Below, piece after piece: positions 43,722-56,964 of a stretch of DNA of 64,000 nucleotides (within the stretch, counting starts at the first letter, position 1; the number at the start of each line of letters is the position of its first letter). Origin of the DNA: Lytechinus pictus (lineage: Eukaryota); NCBI RefSeq assembly GCF_037042905.1, contig NC_087246.1, positions 4,216,001 to 4,280,000 of the forward strand, read 5' to 3'. The notes under the pieces were generated by a model. The model was not told where the DNA came from and ran no database searches. It saw only the letters and a list, made by a program, of their open reading frames with translations. The translations under genes and the position numbers were made by a program.

Positions 43722-43919
43722 ACTCTTAAAATAGTTTTAACCAACCCTGGGCAATATACTGTCCACAAACCTATTGGTTAAAATCTGCCCAAATTGGGTT
43801 ATAAAAACTAATAATTGGGTAATAAATTTGCTAAATTTGATAATTGCCCAGAATATTATATATATATACATACATTACCAAACACAGTGGACAGTATGTT
43901 GCCCAACATTTTAAGTGTG
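43722..43919. mobile_element. Degenerate fold-back MITE of the same general type as 52388-52656
   Basis: Inverted arms TGGGCAATATACTGTCCAC / GTGGACAGTATGTTGCCCA and ends ACTCTTAAAA ... TTTTAAGTGTG. Confidence 0.55.
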
Positions 43920-45784
43920 TATGAACTCATTTTCTTTTATTATTAATATCTATGGTAAATCAATAGTATTTGCCGAACAACATTCTCCCTTTCCTTCTCC
44001 TTGAAAAAACACACACACACACAAACCATTTACCGGGAAATACAAATCATTATACCACGTCATATGCATTTGTATTGCATTTTCCCTTGGTTTAATTACA
44101 GTTGAAACCTGAAAAAGAAATAGACAAAATGAACGACTGGCATGTCTACATCATATACAGAAGTGATAACTGAAATGAACAGACGTCTTCATTGGTCTAA
44201 TAATTTGTTTACCTTACGTATAATTGGTCATCACAACTCTTTAATGCCCTTTTTGTCTCCTTGTTTCTAGAGCTGCTGTTGCATGTCTATGGTCTATATT
44301 ATGTTTGTTCCACTTTATATGTTTGTCATTTTGCCTACGACGAAGATTCTGCTAGGATCGAAAGCTTAGGCCCCTTTTGACTCTCAATGAGTTACAATCA
44401 TACAGCAATGCAATGTCATTATGATAATTTATATAAAGACACAGATGGGGTGGACTATTAAAAGTTGGGGAAAACTATTAAAAAAGTTCAAAATTGAGAG
44501 TTTTGCATTTCAAAATGTAAGTATGAACAGGTTACCTTATCCCATTTTGTGAAATCTTATCCATTAATATTTAATAATTAGAAGAGTATAAAGCACGTTC
44601 AGTAGACTAGCTTGCTACCTGTGATAAAACACAAACATTGAGAGTGCGTGGGATCGCAGTCACTTTGGCCGATCGTGTCAAAGGTCAGAGATTTTCGTTC
44701 TACACCGAGGCAGTGTTTACCGCCAAGACATGGGGGAGTTTCAAGCCTAGTCATTTCAAGACATACAACAATTCAGCATGTCTACAGCGTTTATATTTCT
44801 GAGCTAAAAGCATTTATTGATAATGTAAGATATTTATGAGATCGTAAATAATCAGATTAAATAATTAACTTTGATAATTTCGTTAAAATAGAAAATGCAT
44901 GCTTGAGCATTCGCATACAAAGGGCCAGGGCACAGTATCGTCTTGGATTTAGCATATTCCAAGTCCACAAAACTGGTCATTTACATTAATATTATCATCG
45001 TGTTAGGATGATAAAACCCTCGAATGACCAGTCAATAATGTTCATAATAACAAGTTAGTTTCACAGGTACAGAAATTCGTTGAAGTGAGGTTATGCTACA
45101 GCTAGGGCCTATATACCATGTACATTCACGATTGTTATCAACCCAATGTACAAGTGACCCATAGGCCTACGTACAGTGTTCCACGGCATTTTATAATTCT
45201 AAAATCAGCTACAAACTTGGCCAACAACTGAAAATGCAATAGTGTGTACTATTCCAAAACCAAAGTTCATTTATATATTCAGTTCAAAGTACTTTAAAGC
45301 TCACCCTTTGAATCATGACTTCTTGCACACTATAATCAATTATCATTTCGTCACTCCCAGATACGACTGCATGCGGGATACGACATTATCATTAAATCGT
45401 ACTTTTCGGAGGGAAAATACATTTATTTCGTAAGGAAGAAAGCTCAAACGGAGAATGGGGGAATATTGACAGCTATGACAGTTGTCACTCAAACGAATTT
45501 CTTTTGTTTGTGGAGAGGATGATGAGTTCAACATTCAGACCAAATGAGGGTAAGTGAGTATAATGACAATATCACACGTTCAACATCATGGCCTAACAAC
45601 GGGTTAAAGTGGAGAAAAAGGCAGAGGAGAGGAGCAAGAGATGGAGGGATTAAAGAGTACGTGTGTGGGGTGAGTGGGGGAGGGTGGGGAGAGAGGGAGA
45701 GACGAGGGGGCAAGCGAAATAAAACAAAAGTGATAAAAATGTAATAGGCCCATGCACTAGGAAAATTTGAATGCTTATTTGGAT

Positions 45785-45820
45785 CATGGACCTACTAGTA
45801 TACTCTGTCAGAGTAGTATG
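45785..45820. mobile_element. Degenerate 36-bp mini-element, TSD 6/7
   Basis: TTTGGAT|CATGGACCTACTAGTATACTCTGTCAGAGTAGTATG|TTTGGAG. Confidence 0.45.
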
Positions 45821-45935
45821 TTTGGAGCAAGTGAAGAGAAGCGGAGACGGAGAGGAATGGGGGGGGGGGGGGGGGTAGAGAGAAACAGAGAAAGGGGAGA
45901 GAGAGAACGCCAGAGTGCACTATCGACGGAGTTAA

Positions 45936-46504
45936 AGGGGTACTCTAGGCTGAAAATAATATGATTTGAACAGACTGATTAACAATCAGACGAACAAAAC
46001 ACTTTACCTTTGCTAAAAATGTTTTGCATTATTCCGGTCAAAAACAGTTTTCATGAATATTCAATGAGCAAATTGATGATGTCATATCCCCAATTGTTCT
46101 CTTTTATTTTATTACACAAAAATTGGATTTATTCAATTTTTTCCTCCACGAACTTAAAATAAATGGATTGACACCTGACTTAGTGCATTGCATTAGATAT
46201 TTATTGCTGCAAATTCATGTAATTTTAAGGGAGACACATCAGTCATACATTGTAAGAAATAATGAAACAAATATGATTTCATATAATGCATAAGCAAAAG
46301 GAAAGTGGGGGATATGACATAATCAGCCCACCTAATGAATATTTATGACGACATGCATAATAACTGTTTTTTGAAAAAATATTGATAAACTTTCAAATTC
46401 AATAACTTCGTTAGTTATCAGATTTTGATAAAATTTTCAGCATTTTGCTCTGTGAATTTTTTCTGTTTATTTAGATATAAGTATTTTCAGCGCGTAGTAC
46501 CCCT
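45936..46504. mobile_element. Kolobok-type non-autonomous DNA transposon, family B
   Basis: TTAA|AGGGGTACTCTAGGCTGAAAATA ... TATTTTCAGCGCGTAGTACCCCT|TTAA. Confidence 0.8.
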
Positions 46505-46508
46505 TTAA

Positions 46509-47100
46509 AGGTCAAGTCCACCCCAGGAAAATGCTGACTCGAATAAATAGAGAAAAATCAAACTAGCATAGTGCTGAAAATTTCATTAAGATCGGATGTA
46601 AAATAAGAAAGTTGTGACATTTTAAAGATTCGCTTATTTTTCACAAAACAGTAATATGCACAACTAGGTGAGTCAGTCGATGATGTCTATCACTCACTAA
46701 TTCTTTTGTGTTTTATTGTTTGAATTATACAATATTTCATTTTTTTATAGATTTGACAATATGGACCAACTTTACTGAACCATATAGTATTAAACAATGC
46801 TAATTTCACATGTTCAGGGAGGAATTAATCGTTGTATCACTTGACAATGAGGAGAAAATTAGACTATTTCATATTTCATATAATAAAATACAAAAGAAAT
46901 AGTGAGTGGATGACGTCATAGTCTCCTCATTTGCATACCAGCCAGGATGTGCATATAACTGTTTTGTGAAATTAAGCGAAACTTTAAAATGTCATAACTT
47001 TCTTATTTTACATCCAATTTTGATGAATTTTTCAGTGTTATGCTTGTTGGACTTTTCTCTTTTTATTCAAATCAACTATTTGTTGGGGTGGACTTGTCCT
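46509..47100. mobile_element. Kolobok-type non-autonomous DNA transposon, family A
   Basis: TTAA|AGGTCAAGTCCACCCC ... GGGGTGGACTTGTCCT|TTAA, collinear with 20071-20639. Confidence 0.9.
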
Positions 47101-47182
47101 TTAATGAGCATGACAACGAGAGAATCGGGTCGATATTAAAAAAATATATATTTAAGTGACAAAATAATAATGTGTGTGTGTG

Positions 47183-47203
47183 CATGGACCTAATTTGTCC
47201 ATG
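47183..47203. mobile_element. 21-bp mini-element with 7-bp TSD (1 mismatch)
   Basis: GTGTGTG|CATGGACCTAATTTGTCCATG|GTCTGTG. Confidence 0.65.
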
Positions 47204-47450
47204 GTCTGTGTGAGGGTGTGTTTGTATGTGTGGGATAGTGGGGTATACACCGTCATTATGAGGATGTTTTAATTTCTCCAGAAGATAAAATGAATGCAGA
47301 TGGGGACCGAATCCATCAATCGCAAAGTCATCAGTTTCCTCTGAAGGACACAGTGGAACGATCATTAAAAATGACAAAACCACGGACGATTCCCTTCCAT
47401 TAGGCATTGTATGACAGTCACGTTTTTTGGACTTGGATAGGTCCTTTTAC

Positions 47451-47474
47451 CATGGACCTATTAATAGGTCCATG
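47451..47474. mobile_element. 24-bp perfect palindrome with 7-bp TSD (P-superfamily footprint/mini-element)
   Basis: CTTTTAC|CATGGACCTATTAATAGGTCCATG|CTTTTAC. Confidence 0.8.
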
Positions 47475-50400
47475 CTTTTACCCAGGGTCTGCCATGACCG
47501 TCCAAACGGGATGGGCGAAGGTTTACATCTCCAATTCGTATTGCGCAAAAGTTATCAGCCCTTTTAAAACAAAATGGTAAACAAATTTGAGTTGCAGTAA
47601 ATTCACTTAGAGAAGATTGTAACCCCCCCAGAAAATATATATATATATTATGAATTTCACTCAAATTGAATAATAAAAATACAAATCTCCCCCGCAGAGA
47701 GCAGAAAATGTCTATAATTCATGTCCTAAGATTTTCAAGATTTCGATCCAGTAAACGATAAGGTTGAACAGCTGCTGGTGTTGAAACATGTAATGACATT
47801 TTCCTCTTCATCATACGTGAATTTTATCACCTCCATTTTGAAAAAAAAGCTTAAATTTTTCATCAGCGATTGTTTCTCTGGTCATATAAAGTGAAATCTG
47901 AGAAGGACACTTACATCGTTTCAGCTTTTATAGAGGTCAAGCAACTTGGAGGAAAGGTCATGTCAGGCAGAACCCACATTCTAAAAAGCTAGGCTGCGTC
48001 CGAAGAGTAGCATTTTCAATCATTTATTTCATCGAACGTCCATAACTTTCAAATAGCACAAAGAGGGAAACTATGCAAATGTTAAGATGAAGACGTTCCA
48101 TGCATATAAAAACATATTTTAATTTCATAACAATCATTAGAGGGAAAAATAGCGAACGAAATTTCAGAAAAACGCAATTTTTTAATGATTAATAATGTTT
48201 CGAAAAGAAAGTGCATAAATTCATCTCTGCAAGAAATGACAAAAAACGGAAGGTACTGAAGCTCTAATACAGCTCAGGTCCCGATCAGTATCGAAGACTA
48301 CAGTATTCGCTGACGTTTACTTCGGAACCAATGAGAGAGAAATACCCTTGGTTATGATGTATACCTTACCTATTATGATCACTTTTTTCTTTAATATTTC
48401 TCATAGACTAGTGTAAAATCAATATATTACTTATAAAAGATGCAACCTTTAACCTCAAGAGAAGCACAGATTTTGAACGACATATTCGTGAACAGTACCG
48501 TCATCATGAAGAAAATACTTTCAAAGATATCTATCTGGTTTGAGTTTACTGCGTAACATGTGTTTCTCATTTCAAGGGGCATGCATCTGTACATTCACCC
48601 TCTTCTTCTCCTCCCACCCTCACTTCCCCCATCCCCCACGCCAAAACACAATTGACAAATGGGATGTAATCTAAAAGAAAACCCCAAAGAAATGTTGAAT
48701 GTTTTCGAAATAAAAAAATAAGCCTACGAATATCAAAGGATGAGTTTTCTAGGATATAGTCCTATTTCATAAGTAAATTGTTGAAAATGATTTTTGAAAT
48801 GGAGGAAATAGAGATGGGGGGTATCCTAACCCCCTAATAACCAGAGAAAGTATATATATATGTGATGGCTCTTTAGTTTAGGTGGTAGAAAATGATACGA
48901 TAAATTGGAAAGATATTTTGAAAGCATTTTGGTAAGCTTGTTATCATAATTATATACACCGGTATATAGCTCAATCATAATTCATGAGGGAATCAAATAT
49001 AGGCCTACGCCATTAAATTGTATGTATTTTTGTCACAGTTGAAAAATCCATGTAGGCTACATTTTCGAACAACACCGTCTATTCTTCTAGACTATCCTCA
49101 TAACTTATACCTATGCACGTTCTTCAAATCGGCTGGGGTCTCCCTGACTCAGCTTTGCCCCGGCCGTTACCCCGTGGGAGGAAGTCAGTTCTTGTAAGCC
49201 GGTGCGGAATAGCGGAATAGGTGCTTGTACCGAGGAAGTATAATAAATGCTGGGGGATTTGGCTCAAAATTTGGAGGAAGAGGTCTAGCGATTGTATGAT
49301 TTAATATTTTTATTATTTTTTACTCCCTCAGAGGTTCTAGGGAAGGAAATATCGTTGTAAGAGCAGTTTATGAATTATTGATGGGAAAATATTTCCAACA
49401 ACAATAATTGAACGATAGTTTGGGGGGAGGGGTCTTTCTCTTTCACAGACAATGCGTGAGGGAATGTTAGTGTACATCGAAGTGTAATACTTGAAACTGA
49501 CTTTATATACATTACATACAGGTCGTTTGAAAACATCAATATAACCTACATTATTTCGAACTTACACACCAATAAAAAGATGTTCACATCACAGATTACG
49601 TTGTGTTATCAGGCCAAATACTTTCAAGATATTCTTATAACAACAACCATCCACTGCATGGTTATGCATTAAACATTAAATAAACATATTAAGGATGCTC
49701 ACATCAATAATAATTATTTTCAAGATATACTTTCCCAATACTTTCAAGACATTTCAAGATATTTTGTAATGGAAATGTGAATTTCATAATTATCTCAACA
49801 GTGACTAAAGAATACAACTTGTGAATCAAATTGTGATAAACCCCAGAAACATTCCAAGGGCATAACTGTACCAAGGTATCAACGAATACAAACCCCAAAA
49901 CTAACAAACACAATACTTTCGATTATGAACTTCCACCATGCAGTGATCATGCATGGATGACGTCATGAAGTTCAAGTTAGGGTTGACTATAAGGGGTCTA
50001 TGACTTCCATATCCTGGCTAGGAAATTGACCCGTGTAAGGGATTAACTGCTATTGTTGAGGGCTTGAATTATCTTACATGTGGATTTTTTTCAAATGAAA
50101 ATTTAAATCATAGAATATTTGTGTTTTTATCATGCAGGACATGAGTTTTATTTTAGCAATATCAATCACAACTCATGATTCCATCATGCCAATAGTCTCA
50201 ATTCAAAATTAGTTTCTAGTTTCAACAAGATGATTACAGCTCAGGTCGAAAGGCCTTTATAGGCATAGCACATGTAGCTTTAATGAAAGATATATAAGAA
50301 CATTCAATTTCCTTGTTAATTTATTTTGGCAAACTTTTTAGCCACCATAAGCTACTTCATTAACTTAGATTTTACAAATCAATGTAACTAAAATCAAGTC

Positions 50401-52387
50401 TTGAACTCAACAAAATGGTAGTATATTGTATAGGCCTACATTTCTCTCTCTTTCCTTTAAAGTGTAGGTTGAAGAGACTGCATTGTCCATGGCAGCTTCG
50501 AAGTCTCTGAAAAGTGTGTTTAGTTGGCATGCTATGTTATCGAAAAGTCAGACTAATGCGTTGTTATCAAAACATTCTAATTATTTCTACAAGAATGTAT
50601 GCATAAACTAAATCATATCTCAAGATGTGTCATCTGTTTATTATTGAAATACATCGATGTCATTGTTAACATATTATACCTTTATTTAGATTACAACAAT
50701 ATCACATAATATCATATTTATTTTGCAACGATTTTAACAAAACAAAAACGAAATGTTCGTGTTTCAGAACAGAAAACTAAAAAAAGGCTTAAACACCGTT
50801 AAGAAACAACATTCAAATTGATTTCACATTCGTTTCGAATGAATAGCAATTGTTATTTAAAATCAATTAATTGACTTCTTTCACACCAAACGACTGATTA
50901 ACGCCAATAACGAAATCATCAAGATGGTAACGACTTTATTAATATTTACAATCTGTCCATGAAGACTTAGACACCTTCTATCAAATAAAGTGTCTGAATT
51001 ATCTCTAACCAATTAAGCCCCATTAGATAATGAGAATATAAGTCACAACTTATTACACAGATATGTAGATCAATGACGATTCACATTGCCCGTGCACGCT
51101 GCACGCACGGACATAGGGAAACTCGCCCGGTCGCCCAGCACTGTGGCCGTGCATTACACTCGTGTAATGTACGTTGCCCTTGGTTGAGGAATACTTGGGA
51201 GAGAGGTCGTATATAAACATTGGAGGTCACATTCCTCCTGATCTTGGGTGTCATATTACGTCTTGGTCGTAACCTCTGCTATAGTCTTCTCTACTAGTAG
51301 GCAAGGTTAGTGAGGAAAATAAAGGAAAAGAGAATGTCTAGAATAGGGGCCATAAAAAAAGTGATTTTCGCAGTTCAGGTTGCCGGGCACACTACCATTG
51401 TCATTGTCTGCCCACATTTGTGATGTATTTAAAAAACTTATTCTTAGTCTTTATACAGAACTTAACAATAATTAAAAAACAAAATACAAATAGGATACAT
51501 TTACATTGTTTCCAATATTCATCTATATCATATAACATTCGTTCGAGTATGACCGTTTCAAAAAACAATCCTTACTTTATCATAAAAAGTACAAAACCCA
51601 TCTTCGTAACAACAACAACAACAACAAATTTCCCTCGAAGTCAGACCAATATCATGATAACCAAATCACTTGATGCCTTGAGAACAACGACGAATTATGA
51701 TGTTACTCAGGCTATTATTGATGATGATGAGTATGATGATGGTGATGATGGTGATGATGATGTAATTCTCTTTATGCATAATGTTATTGATTTCCAGGAA
51801 TACGATCTTAATTACTATGTCATTGGCAGTCTATCTAAGTATTTAAGTTATGATAATACTGTCACGACAAAGTAATGAATGGTAAATAAAGGCCTAATTG
51901 CGGAATAACGCTAATTATCATCAATATTAATACATTTTCCATACCTCTTAATACCACACCTTTCCTATTGCCTATATAGCATGAATCATTATTGTTGAAT
52001 ACTTGAATGCAATGAAAAAAACTCAAAAATTAGTCTTCAATTCAATTTATTGTACTATCAACTCAGATACAACATTCACAATAATTTACACCAAGGTTCC
52101 CTACAGACATACAGAGTAAGATTTTGATTCATATGTTGTCTCATAATTACATTATTATGTAAAATATTAATGTGGTGGATTGTATACCGGAAAATATGAA
52201 ATTGAAATATTACAGCATTGTTCTACGGAATTGGGGGAGATATTGTTTTGGAGAATATAGGCCTAGGCCTATACATTTCATACTTCAGTCTATTTCTCTT
52301 ATGAGAACAAAATGATGATAGGTCAATTGATGCTCGACCGAGCTCCACACACCCAACATAAAGATCATCCCCGCTCGTCTACCACTA

Positions 52388-52656
52388 CACCTTAAAACAT
52401 ATTGGGTGAAAAATCTGAAAATGCCCCATGAGGGTAATTATGTGTTCAACCAACATTGGGCTATTCTTCTGTTTGGGCATTTTTATTTATCCAATGTGAT
52501 GAAAATTTTGCCCATACTTAATTGCTGTTTATTTTCTTAACCTTACTGGACAATATGCTTCCCACATTGGGTAAAATACTGCCCCAAATTGGTTGGACAT
52601 AATATTCATATTACCCTAGTGCTGGTTAAATTTTACCCAATATTTTTTTTACAGTG
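52388..52656. mobile_element. Fold-back MITE with CAC..GTG termini and TA flanks
   Basis: TA|CACCTTAAAACATATTGGGT ... ACCCAATATTTTTTTTACAGTG|TA, with repeated internal TTGGG/CCCAA motifs in inverted arrangement. Confidence 0.7.
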
Positions 52657-53635
52657 TACAAGGTAAACCAACGATGTCGACATATTTAACAAGCTCAACA
52701 ATCAACTGGCTCACCAGCTATGCAATAAATGCACAAGGCATACGATCTGAGAAAAGCCTGAGTCGTGCTACCCGTATACGATCATGTGGACCTTATTAGA
52801 ATTTGTTCTAGATCGTGGACCGATATGACTCCTGAGACTGTTGTACTCGGCTATACATGGCTTGATGGAACATGGAAAAGAATGATATTTTATGACCAGT
52901 TTTGTATTCCAAAAATCTAAAGACTTTCCTGATATACTTGAGAGAATAGAATTATCATGGTCTACGAACGAGTTATCAAAACGGCAATTTGAAATGAGTA
53001 ATTATCATATTTCATAAGCAGCATGCTCGTGGGCAAAGTCGAACTCGTAGGCCATCCTGTGCTGGGGTCCATCAACTTGTCCCCCCCCCCTGTGATGATC
53101 AAATGAAATGTAGTCATCCTTACTCAATGTGGAAAATGTATTTCAACCTGATAAAATTTGATCTCATCTCGCACAAGTACGGGCCTTTTCTTTAAACTTT
53201 CACCACCATGTTCACTATAAAAGTTTTGAGTCATGGCCGGTTGGCTCGGTTAAGTTTTAAACTTGTTATACCAACACTACCCCCTCCCCCCAAAAAACAA
53301 CAACAACGTAACCTGAAATGAGGGATATGGGAGTGAATGATTTTATTTTTAAATAATACTTTGTAAGATGTTTTATTGTAATGTTTTTTTTAAAGGTGAA
53401 TGCATTGTAATCAAGTTCCTTCATCCTACTACTCTCTCCACTGTAGAAAAAGAAACCATGTAGAATGCAGAAACACATGTTTCATGTTGATTTATTATGG
53501 TTTCACGCCGAGTATTGCCGCTCACATCATGGGGTATTGATCACAGAGCATGCCGCTCAAAGTGCCTCTGGCTATACATGTATCATACAGTGTCTTTACA
53601 CACAACAACCATCTCACATTACTAACTGGTATAAT

Positions 53636-53659
53636 CATGCACCTATCTGTAGGTCTATG
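53636..53659. mobile_element. Degenerate 24-bp mini-element, TSD 5/7
   Basis: GTATAAT|CATGCACCTATCTGTAGGTCTATG|GTATAGC. Confidence 0.5.
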
Positions 53660-56617
53660 GTATAGCCTAATTGGCATTTACTTTAAAGATACACTCACAG
53701 AGCTTGTCTGTGGCTCAGTAAGGTAAATTATGTTGGATGTTGCAATTCATTCCTTAAATAATTTGGGAGTTTATCAATTTCAGACATTTAACATCCCCAA
53801 GATTAATATTTCATACGTGGAGAGTCATCATGTATGAAGTCATAAACATCAGACATGGCGTTCCACAGAAACTAAATAAAATTAATTCCATTCTCCTTGC
53901 TCGTTTTGTATCCATTAAGTCCTATATTTTTATAGGCTACCTTTTCGTTTCAGCTTCCTTCTCCTTAGAGCTTGTTTTCATTCCAAGATGCAAATAGAAA
54001 AATAATTATCTTTCTTCCAAGAACATGTAGTCATTTTGGCTCATTTCTCCCCCACCATGAACGCATGTGTCATTCTATTTCGAATGATTCTTAACACGAT
54101 TAACGTTTTTTCTCCCCATTCTGAAAGTCTTCCCCTCAAATTTCCCTTCTGCAATATTTTTACGTCGAAGACCCTTCCCCATGGACCTCTGACTCTTCCC
54201 ATTTTGTCTCTTTTCTTGTATGTCATTTACGTTGTTACCCAAAATTGTGACAAGGACCATAACATACCACCGCGCCACCGGGATCGAGTCCCGGAGCGTC
54301 CCCATGAGCTGAGCCAGACAAAATGTATAAAATAATACCCAATGTTTGCAGTGATATTGTTCAAACCCATTATAGACTCTGTCAGCCTTTCCAAGCAGTA
54401 ATTGCAACAATGACTAATGTGCTACATTAAAACGGAATGTTGGAATAACGACAGAATTCCAATGTGACTTGTCCTCTTTCTTAAAAAAAAATATATATCT
54501 AAAAATTGACATTTATGTAAGGTGCCAAACACTATCTAATCCCAATGGATGTGTGCTGGATTCGGATGCCTTTGAAATCTTTTTAAAAATCTGAAAAGAC
54601 TTCTGATCATTCATAATAACTTGGGAATTTACATGAATGAGGGTAAAAATAGAACTAAGAAAGAAGAAAGTATAAAACTATATTCTTATCCAGTGTCAAT
54701 GTGTTTATATAAAAATAATTTTGTTAAGATATGGGCCATAGTTGAGGTAACAATATATAACACGATTTTACATCTGTTATGAGATTACATGAGATTACAT
54801 TCATAATCATACATTAAATGTATGAACCTTCGAATGTTTTTCTTTTTATAGCAAAGTTTGTAGTGATTTTAGAACACAATAAAATTATCAAACGAGGAAA
54901 TTTGTATGTCCAAATAAATACATAATTCAACCACGGGAAATTTTATATCTTTGCCCGTTTTAGATGGATCTTTCTCTAGTTTGATCTCATTCAATCACAT
55001 TTTTACATGATCAGCCAATTTGAAATCAAATACAAATACAGTCATGCATGCAGTATATACTTCATAAATTTAGGATTATATTCTCTTTATTTGTAGTCAA
55101 CTGGTTCACGATGATCTTTGAGCATGCATTTTTGCTATTTTATTATCTAGACCTAATATTATCTATCCTATTTCATTCAAAGTAATGCAAAGCAATCAAT
55201 TTTCAAGCCATTTCAACCATTGCATCAGGGCAACTCATAACTCCGTACAGCACAACGCGTAGCATTTCGCACTGCAAAATATTCCTCGCGCCGACGAATA
55301 AGATGAACATGATCATGACGAGATTTTCTATAATAAACAGCAGAAATCAATGTTATGAATTGTTATACGTTAAATGAGTGTTACTTTAATATATCTTTAG
55401 AAACTTACCGTTTTCCCAACAGCTTTTGGCAAATATGGATGACATAGCTTCAAGCTAGGTTGTAGCCTCCTGCTGAGCAGATACAAACAAAGTAGAATTC
55501 AAAATGGCGGCGCCCATGAGAGTAAACTGGAAGTGATCAGAGGTCATTTGACGACATTAGTCAACAGAAAGCGTTGAAGATTGAATTTTGGATTGTTTTG
55601 TAGTTTGCATATCTTTCAGAAAATTTTCATATTCTACTTTCCATGGATATATAGATGAAGACTAGAAATTTATAACGAAAAAACGGTAAAGATTGCGACA
55701 CAACGGTTTTCATTTTCGAATGAATGTCAACCCCTTGAAACGCGGTGAAGGGTCAACCTTACCCTATCCGAAGTACGACCTGCGAGCTACCGCTTTCTAT
55801 TAAGGGTATAATTTTAAAGTAGACACACAACCATGCCGTTGGGCACACAATTTTAACTTTCTATAAACGCTCATTATCTTTACTCGATAGTCAGGAGAAT
55901 ATAGAACCTATGCTTGTTTCATAACTTCCATCAAGTTTTGAATGGAACACGTCAAACCTGTTTAAAATATTAATTTAACTGAGATGAAGTTTGTCATGAA
56001 TATTGGAGAGTCCCGGGTGGAGAGTACACTCACCGATAACCTAGCCTCCAATATCTTGAGTATACATTGGATTTAGACGGAAATACAGGAGGCTCTCAAT
56101 AGTCAGTGTTGCTCTTTAACTACGACTTTATTGTAGTTCGGAAATACACAAGTGCCCCCACCAAACGTCTTGGTATAGTTTGAACTATAATGTGAGCCGA
56201 ATTGTTATTTTAAACGCTGAGAAAGAATGCCATGGTAAGATCGCCTTACACATTTGGAAACATAAGACCATAAATTAGACAAGATAGAAATTGAGCAGCG
56301 GTGACACTTTTCTCTCCTTGAGGGCAAAAGTACAATTAAGCCAGACGTTAAGACCCTCGTGGAACATTTTAATGTGTTTGCCAGATATTTTCTGATCGAC
56401 GACGAAAATAAAAGTTTTGGGTGGTTTCGAATAATTGCAATGGTCTCGGGTTTTTATTGCTCACCTAACTTTATTCGTTTCCTCATTTAGAAAATATTCG
56501 GCATATCCATGATGGGCTTCCATGTGTTTCGGTATGTACATACGTTACATCAATTTGTATGATGTGGAATGAAAAAAAATATTATAGTGTTATCTATTGC
56601 ATCAAAGTTTTTTATTT

Positions 56618-56790
56618 TCATTGTCATCATCTCGTCATCATTGTCTTCAACACTTTCTTCTTCAACGTCATCATCATAATCGTCAGCATCACCACCAACA
56701 TTACCACCGCGCCATCACCTCCACCAGCATCATCACCTTTATCATTGACAGTATCGTCGTCATCACTGTCTCACATCATCCTCATCGTTG
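56618..56790. repeat. Degenerate (TCA/CCA)n low-complexity tract
   Basis: Triplet periodicity TCA/TCG/CCA, which explains the His-rich and Ser/Ile-rich spurious ORFs. Confidence 0.75.
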
Positions 56791-56964
56791 TCAGTGCAGA
56801 TTATATCCCGTTTCCAAGCCAATATCATTCAATTGTTTGCAAGCCCTTCTAAATGGCGATTTTCACGCCAACATATTCAAGTAATATACTTTATAATTCC
56901 AACTATCTTTTAAATGAATGAATCGGAAAATACGAAATATTATAAGAACAGTCTAAACTTCCAT

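Noticed and set aside
51420-51875. 151-aa ORF with poly-T and poly-D tracts
   Set aside because: Kept open by (ACA)n and (GAT)n microsatellites; AT-rich, with no recognisable domain.
54173-54200. Half-site CATGGACCT between CCTTCCC and TCTTCCC
   Set aside because: The right terminus is absent and the flanks are low complexity, so it cannot be separated from chance.
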